From Octopus vulgaris (lineage: Eukaryota): a stretch of 64,000 bases of DNA. This document shows positions 53,616 to 64,000 of this stretch, piece after piece (within the stretch, counting starts at the first letter, position 1; the number at the start of each line of letters is the position of its first letter). The stretch is taken from NCBI GenBank assembly GCA_951406725.2, contig OX597829.1:19840001-19904000 (forward strand). Reading direction: 5' to 3'. Position numbers and translations under genes: made by a program. The notes under the pieces are model-generated. The model ran no database searches, had not been told where the DNA came from, and was given only the letters and a program-made list of their open reading frames with translations.

Positions 53616-54193
53616 TACAACATCTAGCCAGTGGTCAGCAATCTGAAGCTTCAGATGACAACGAAGTTGAAAATGAAATGGAAAATGAAGTTGAAGAAGA
53701 AGTTGAAAAGGAAGTGGCTGAATCTCCAGATGCCAAAAAAGCTCCTGCTAAAGAGGCTGAAGAGAACACTGCCATAAAAAAGGAAAGCAGTGAACCTGAT
53801 AAAGATGAAAAAAAGGTGAAGAAAACAAATGCTGATTATGCTAGAGGTAGACGACGTCCAGTCAGAAGACAACAATCTTTCCAAAGAAATGCCCAACCAA
53901 AACGTAGACGATCAAGATATAATAAAATGTGGCAGAGCCGAAATAAAGGAGGGAAAGTTAATAAAATGAATAGAATGCATAGAAAGAATAGAATTAATAG
54001 AATGAATAGAATGAATAGAAAGACTAGAATGAATAGAATGAATAAAATGGATAGAGTTGTAAGACCAAGAATGCCTAATAAAATGATGAGAGGTGGAAAT
54101 TCAATGCATTCAAGAAATATGAAAATGTGGAACAAGAATGGATATCATAAACGGAGGAATGCTCTTATTAAAAATAATAGGAGACAGGGATAA
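53616..54193 (+). CDS. Main coding exon of a secreted acidic/cationic precursor (207 aa after splicing); exon ends at 54202
   Basis: Long polypyrimidine tract then tttttcag ending at 53615; G+TA gives Val, then QHLASG-QQSEASDDNEVENE, in frame with ORF 53678-54193; stop TAA at 54191-54193; donor AT|GTAAGT at 54203. The sequence is not transposon-like. Confidence 0.85.
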
Positions 54194-55114
54194 ATTTTAA
54201 ATGTAAGTCCTACTAAAATATATTAGTTTTTGTATTTATATGGTTGTTATTTAGATGCTGGCTAGACTTGGTCTAGGACACCTAAAAACAAAGACATTCT
54301 AGACATAGCCAGCCATTTTTTTTTAATGTATCTAGACAAATGGTGTAGCTAAAGTGTATGCTGCCTAGAGACAACGCCTGAGTTTGTTTCCTCAAACACG
54401 CACTTCCTGGGTCAATACAACATAAAGGAGCTTATACCGCAGCCCCATAAAAACAGCCCTGATAAAATTTTGCATGGAAAGCTATAACATACTTCATTTC
54501 AAATTAAATATACAAATACCAATCAAAACATCTACTTCTGGCAAGTTAAATACATTAATTTTCATGAAACACTAAAAATGATGAAGCACTGATATAGCTA
54601 ATTTAAAAGTTTTTTAAAGGAGAAAAGAACAAACAAAAACCCATCAATCCATAGTAAATAAATAAATAAATTAACATAATTTAATGTCTTAAAGTTGATG
54701 AACCACCTATTGATTCCCTCCATTTTCTTATTGCTCTATAAATTAATGGTGAAATATCTCTTTACCCTCACCCATTTAGTACACTCGGTAATGTAATTGC
54801 AATGCAATAAAAAACATTGTGTATTAATAATTTGGTATTCTACCAGCAGTATATTGGATAAATATTATCCCTTAGTGGGTTGGATTCACAACCTCTAACT
54901 TTCTTGGAGTTTTATATAAATATAATATATTACAAAATTAGAAAATGGAGAAACATACTTAAATCAATCAAACATCAACCAACAGATGATACCCAATCAA
55001 TACTTTATTACACCATTACATAACAGTAAAGGCATTATACAAAATATATTGTAAATATAATTAGACAAGGAAATAGAAATCTAAAATCTAAAATATAATA
55101 TGTAATTATATCAT

Positions 55115-55228
55115 ATCTGATAGCTGTTTCGGCAGTAAAGGCAAGCATGCCTCATTTAACCTATAAGCCATATAAGGCAGGTATAAATGAGACATTAACA
55201 AGGATGCCCCACAGCCTCTTCAGAGAAT
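55115..55228 (-). ncRNA. Type I hammerhead ribozyme with long hairpin stem II
   Basis: Minus strand reads TCT-CTGAAGA-GGC...ATGTCTCATTTA...TAAATGAGGCAT...GCC-GAAA-CAGCTA-TC-AGA; stem III has one mismatch (GTC changed to ATC). Confidence 0.68.
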
Positions 55229-55381
55229 TTAATTTATTATAAGTGTGAAAAAACTTTTTTATATACATATAAATATAAAAATATAAAATATAAAAACGTG
55301 TGCATAGACACCCATAATGCTACACACATATATATATACTCATTAATACAATAATACAAAATAAACAAAACAAAATAAAAC

Positions 55382-57870
<2,489 letters not shown>

Positions 57871-59019
57871 ATTGTCTTTTTCTTTGAAAAGTAGCCATTA
57901 TTCATGTAGCAGAGTGCCCATCTGCATTTCACATGTGTGATCCAAGAAGAGCATAGAAGCCAATACACTTGGAATCAGTGTTGTTGCAGTACTTACCAGA
58001 GCGATGTGGTACTCAAAGATTCTGCTTCAAGATCAGGAGTTATCAAGCACTTTTTATCTATGGACACCTTTGATTACTCTTTTATTCTGATGGACCCCCA
58101 TAGCCATTCGATATTTAAAACTAGTTATATAGAATCATCTTTTAAAATTTCTACTTTGATTTTTCGCACATTAACTTGTATAGATTGAAGTGTGTCAAAT
58201 GCTAGAGAAAGAAACCTTGATGTTCCTTGCAATACACACCAATACATACATGTAAAGCAAAATGTTTTCAGGATCTCTTCAAATTCTATTGTAGTCTGTC
58301 TATCTATCTTTCTATCTCTCTCTATATATGTGTGTGTGTGTGTGTGTGTATACATATACATATATATATATTAAACTCCCAAAGATTTTCCAAAGTTGTC
58401 CTTCTCTTAGATGGGCTACCAAGTATGGTTTATTAACTCTATCTTCCTCAATGTAAATGTTTTTGAAGCACAAGTGAACAGGCTTCGGCCTTTTTTCTGT
58501 CAGAAGCAACAGTTCTGCAGGGTTTATGTGCTAAGCCACATGAATAATGTATGTAGACTAGTTGGACAGCAGTAGATTGACAAAGCTGGAGGAAGCTTGC
58601 TACCTTGTGCATATTCCAACACAAAAGAAGATAAGCGATGTTGGGGGACAAACACAGACACACAGGCTCAAAACGTAAAAGACTTTTTCTATTCCTGAGC
58701 GTTATACTAATACATTTGTTTGTTTTGTACACCACCTGTCTTCGCCTTTTGTTTTTTTCGTAAACTTTCCCTATATATATATATATCACGTGATCATGTG
58801 ACCGACCAGTCCATCAGATGTAGTTACACATTGCTGGTCACAATGTGTTCGCATTGTTTTAGCCTTCAAATGATGCCACCCCGCCGGCTAAGCGAGCAGG
58901 CCATATATATACTTAATATTTATTATTTATTTTTTGAGTATGCATGTATGAATAACTGCGCGTATATATATTTTACTATTTACTTATTTTTTGAGTATGC
59001 ATGTAAGTATGAATATAAG

Positions 59020-59217
59020 GAGGCGCGCGTGTGTGTGTGTATGTGTAAGCATAGATATATGTATACTTTTACGCATGTGTGTACTTATGTGTATATATGG
59101 ATGCGCGTGTGTGTGTGTGTGTAGTGGACTTCTTTCAGTTTCTGTCTACCATATCCATATGGTATAATATAAGTGTGCGTATATTTGTATATGTATGTAT
59201 GTATATGTATGTGTGTG

Positions 59218-59260
<43 letters not shown>

Positions 59261-59517
59261 ATATATGTGTATATATGTATATATATATATATACGTGTGT
59301 ATGTGTATGTATTTATATGTATATGCGTGTATGTGTATGTGTATGCATGCGCGTATATATATGTATGTATATGTATACGTGTGGGTGTGTGTATGTGTAT
59401 AAATGTATGTATGTATGGATGTATGTATGTATGTATGTATGTATACGTATGTATGTGTATGTGTGTATATGTATGTATGTGTATGTGTGTATATGTGTAT
59501 ATATATGTGTATATATG

Positions 59518-59548
<31 letters not shown>

Positions 59549-59559
59549 GTATATATATG

Positions 59560-59600
<41 letters not shown>

Positions 59601-60001
59601 ATTTGTATGTAGGTGTATATGTATGTGTGTGTATTTATATTTATTGGTGTATATGTATAGACTAGCCTTCTAAGAGTGTAGACATGAATCTGTAGGTACG
59701 CGTACGTATGTGTATATACGTGAATGTATGTAGATGTATGTATGTATGAATATAACGCGTGCGTGCGTGTATGTGTATGAGTGTACGAATGAGTGAGTGT
59801 ACGTGCTAAAGAGTGTGCGTGAGTGAATGAGTGCTTGTTTTCCAGTAGACAGATAAATGGACTGGCTGTCATAGCCAAGATGTTTGTGACCAGCGGTCAA
59901 AGATAACAAAAGTAATAAATGAAGATAATAAAATTAAAATTAGGGAATGGGTCTGTATTTGTATGTGTATATATATGTGTGTATGTGTAGGTACACATAT
60001 G

Positions 60002-60032
<31 letters not shown>

Positions 60033-60390
60033 ATGTATGTGTGTGTATATATGTGTGTATGTGTATATATGTGTATATAGGGACTAGTGTGCTGTGTGTG
60101 CATGTGTGTGTGTGGATATGTGTGTGTATGCGTGTATGTGTGTATATGTGTGTGTATGTGTATATATATTTTTCTGTGTGTATATGTATGTGTGTGGTCG
60201 TGTGTGTATATATACATGTGTGTATACGTGTATGCATGTGAGTGTGTGTATGTATACATATATGTGTATGTGTAGATATGTATATGTATGTGTAAGTGTA
60301 TATATATGTATATATGTGTGTGTGTATGTATGTGTGTATGTATATGTATATATGTTTGTATGTGTGTGTATATATGTATACATATGTGCA
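59020..60390. repeat. ~1.4-kb compound (TA)/(TG)/(TATG) low-complexity tract
   Basis: Seen directly in the sequence. Confidence 0.95.
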
Positions 60391-60538
60391 TAGGTATAAG
60401 TGAGAATCTCCTTATTTACCTAAAACTCTATTCCCTTTTTTTTATATATATTTTTTTATTTTTTTATTTATTCCTCTATCTAATTTAACACTGACTCCTT
60501 ATATATATGATATTTTGCGCTATGCCTACCCCCAAATA

Positions 60539-60588
<50 letters not shown>

Positions 60589-60761
60589 CGGAGATGTACT
60601 CGCATAGCAAGTAATTTGATCTGAGATCGTGTGCTGAAACGAAAACAATTGCAGCGTGGAAGGTGTTTATAAGCCATTTAAGAAACACACAAAAGCCGTT
60701 CGATTCACTTCACGGCTTTTGTGTGTTTCTTAAATGGCTTATAAACACCTTCTACGCTGCA

Positions 60762-60807
<46 letters not shown>

Positions 60808-60984
60808 ACAGGCTTCTTTTCAGTTTCCGTCTACCAAATCCACTCACAAGGCTTTTGGTCGGCCCGAGGTTATAGTAGAAGACACTTGCCCAAAGTGCTA
60901 CACAGTGGGAATGAACCCAGAACCATGTGGTTGGTAAGCAAGCTACTTACCACACAGCCACTCCTGTGAGATTTCACAGAATGG

Positions 60985-61640
60985 ATTGGTTTCCTCATAT
61001 TGCCATTCATTTCAGTCATCTGTCATCTCTGAGAAACTCAACATTTTGAGGTCAATCTTCACCACATCGTCCCACATCTTTCTCTTCCACAATCTCTTTC
61101 TACATTTAAAAATCAGCACTTTTTAGTACTGCTGTTCTCATTATCTGAATCTCCTGGTCTTCCGGTGCAGTCATCTCTTTTGCACACTATATCTGGTGCC
61201 TCTTATGCCCAGTTTTTCTCTCAACACATTTGTACATTGCCATGCATGCACACTGACATCAAACATCTATTAGAGTGTGCTAGCTTCATTTCTTTCTAGT
61301 CTTCACATACCTTTTTGTGTTCTCAGCTGAAGTCTCACATGAACCATGTAACATTGCTGTTAGGACACAAGCATAATACAATTTGCCTTTAACTCTGAGA
61401 GAGAGTCCTTTACTTACCAGCAGGTGTAATAGTTCTCTGAACCTTTTCTAGCCAGTTCTTATTCTAGCAATTATACTGTCGGCAAGTCCACAATAAATTC
61501 CATAGCTAATGAGGTTTTGTAGGTAAAAGACACTATCTATTACTTATAAGGATCCACCTGAGCTTTCCAGACAATCTATTTCTTTCATGCTTTTACTGTT
61601 TATTTCACCTATGCACCTGAAGTCTGGTATAATATTCTTG
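60985..61640 (-). pseudogene. Highly decayed RTE LINE fragment
   Basis: Nucleotide similarity to the reverse complement of 2050-2560 (aactctgagagagagtcctttact..., caccacatcgtcccaca). Confidence 0.7.
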
Positions 61641-63167
61641 GGTCACTCTATCTTTATTCACAGTGCCTGCATATGATACATTTTCATCTATACCTAGGTA
61701 CTTGTAACATTATTTATGTGGAATGGGGGAGATAGAGAGACCATTGATGGTCTCAACCAGGCATGAAGTGGATTCAATCCACCATAGCCAAATTTCAAGT
61801 AACAGCTCAACAAAACTTTTCTCACGGTGGAAAAATAGATTTTCTGTGACAGCAGTTTTACATTTTCCAGATTGCCTTTGCTAGGCCGAAATAATGTCTT
61901 CACCACTTGACCCTGCTAACCTCTTCTATTTCACCAAAAGCTAGAATTAAGATAAGATCACCAACTAAATCTATTGTCTATCCTTCTGGATAGTTATAAA
62001 AACAAGAACCCCTGGTTCCAGACGCCATTTTGGGATTTTCATCCACGCATGTGCAGGGATTAGTCTTCCGGAAGCCCCTTATGCACATGCACAGTTATCA
62101 GCAGCAAGCTAGGCTTGACCGCTATTCTCTCTCTTCACCTTTGCTGCCGACCGAGACAGACGCAACCAGACCAGCTCCGTGTGATGGCGATCCACAACTT
62201 CAGCGAATCTGTAATTAAACCGACTCTGCTGCTTCCACCACCACTACCCCCACCACCCCAGCGACCAGGTTACCAATGTCCAGAGATGAAATACTTATTT
62301 CGGTGAAATAAATTATTATTGTTATTTGTTCAGAGATTCTTGTTCTCACTATTTTCCTTTCCACGACTATGTTAGGAATTGTGAGGCACCCATCCAGTGC
62401 CAACATCATTTCCTACATACTCTTTTCAGGATGCTGTTTGCTGAAACTCACTTAATGAACATTTCTTTTATTATTCTTCACTCCCTAAACTTGGAATTAG
62501 GCACTCTAAACCATTGTATCCTCTCAATATCTTTTGGAGTCACATTTTCTCTTTGACTCCACCTCGCTGTTTCTGATGTCACATAAAAAGAACCCAGTTC
62601 ACTCTGTAAAGTGGTTGGCATTAGGAACAGTATACGGCCATAAAAACCATACCAGACAGACCTAAGTAGCACCCAGCATATTCCACTCTGTAAAGTAGGT
62701 GGCATCAAGAAACTATGTCAAAGCAGACCTCACCAGTGTTGGTGCCATGTAAAAGATGCCCAGAACACTCTGTAAAGTGGTTGGCATTAGGAAGGACATC
62801 CGACTGTGAATTAAAACCATTCCAAAGTAGACAGTGGAGCTTGATGCAGTCATTTGACTTGCTAGACCCTGCCCAAGCTATTAAATGATGATGATGATGA
62901 TGATGAAGCTTCAAAAAATGAAATAAAAGACACTACAATTGACCAAACTTTGAAATTTTCATCAGAAGCTTACAGAAGTCTAGCTTTCAGCTGAAGGAAT
63001 TCACAGCATTTGTTGCATTTGCCATTGCAAAATTTCTATAGTTCTGATTTTTAAGTGTATTAGTAAATTTAGCTTAAGTCTTATGTGCAAGTAGGAATGT
63101 AGATTATGTTCAATTAAATAAATATGTAAAGTCTAATGTTTATACTTAAAAGTTAAATAAGAGTAAC

Positions 63168-63577
63168 GGATCTTTTCGGTTTGATTGGCAGTTTTTTCTA
63201 GCGGTGTCATATGAAATTGTCACCCATAATTATGACCCTAGTATCGATCTATTGCATTTCAATCTGTTTTAGGGTTAGGGTTAAGGGGGGGGTATCTTTT
63301 TTACTTCACAAATGTAAATAAACCCAATCTGTTTTTTAAACGAGGGTCATATTCATACGGCACAGAATATTTCCCCCTAAAATAGACGTCATTGATTGGT
63401 TGAAATTGCAGAAATTGAAGAAAAAAACAACAAATATCTTACAAACTATAGAATTTTCTCAATAAAGACAAGAGAAAAAGATGTTTTATAAACATATTCT
63501 ACCAGTATACGAAATTTAAAAGTGTTAAGTTACGTGGAAATTATTTTTAAAAACTGCCGTTCAAACCGAAAAGATCC
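63168..63577. mobile_element. 410-bp MITE with a perfect 8-bp TSD and internal TTAGGG repeats
   Basis: TIRs GGATCTTTTCGGTTTGA..GGCAGTTTTT / AAAAACTGCC..TCAAACCGAAAAGATCC; TSD AGAGTAAC at 63160-63167 and 63578-63585. Confidence 0.9.
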
Positions 63578-64000
63578 AGAGTAACTTATAAACTAGAAAC
63601 GTTCATCTATTATGAAAACAGAATATGATATAAAAAAATATATTAAAAGCTTATTTCAAGAGAGACTGAGCGAATTACAGAGTTCTGTGCATAGTCATCC
63701 AACCTGCTAGAAACAGCATCTAAATCTCACTCACATTACATCCTACCATAACACAAACAATAAGATTATCGGTCATAATAGAACTCCAGAATATAATATA
63801 CATTACGGAAATTTAGCTGGCAATTTTTTTCTTTCATATTTAATTTTTTATCTACATGTTTACCACCGAAAGTTAATTTTTTTAAAGTGAAATAAATAGG
63901 TTAGTGTGCCCTACATTTCTGACAGCTTGCAGCTTAAGTTTTTCCGACTTGCATATATTCTTCCTCACTTTAATATAATGAATATATCAGTTGTTTTTCT

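Noticed and set aside
53678-54193. Reflectin or protamine assignment for the Met/Arg-rich ORF
   Set aside because: No reflectin repeat motif and few Tyr; a signal peptide and acidic region argue against a protamine. The ATG at 53678 is internal to the exon.
62310-63160. Candidate terminal 3'-UTR exon of the secreted-protein gene (acceptor ttatttgttcag at ~62333; AATAAA at ~63117)
   Set aside because: Such signals are common in AT-rich DNA and cannot be distinguished without transcript data.

Overview
AT-rich, microsatellite-dense eukaryotic DNA. The repeat set (RTE LINEs with (GAT)n tails, tRNA-headed CORE-like and Meta-like SINEs, (TA)n/(TATG)n tracts) points to a cephalopod, probably Octopus; this is inference. 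Most listed ORFs are microsatellite or SINE artefacts. Three things stand out. (1) A spliced, plus-strand, apparently orphan gene that the ORF track misses: candidate TATA/Inr plus non-coding exon at ~31097-31165, a signal-peptide exon at 46664-46761 and a main exon at 53616-54202. It encodes a 207-aa secreted precursor with an acidic pro-region and a strongly cationic Arg/Met/Asn-rich C-terminal domain. (2) Many minimal type-I hammerhead ribozymes: four have intact catalytic cores (10385, 23342, 24430, 55115) and about ten are decayed. They sit in short non-coding elements that lie in (TA)n tracts, often with inverted repeats, consistent with Penelope-like pLTRs or retrozymes; one family may carry a G3-core variant. 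(3) A near-identical 325-bp inverted duplicate, with copies 25 kb apart, one of them upstream of the candidate promoter. The rest is layered transposon debris: RTE, CR1/L2, R4/Dong-like and Penelope fragments, mariner/Tc1, and piggyBac-, hAT-, Merlin-like and Helentron-like MITEs. All calls were made by eye; no searches were run.
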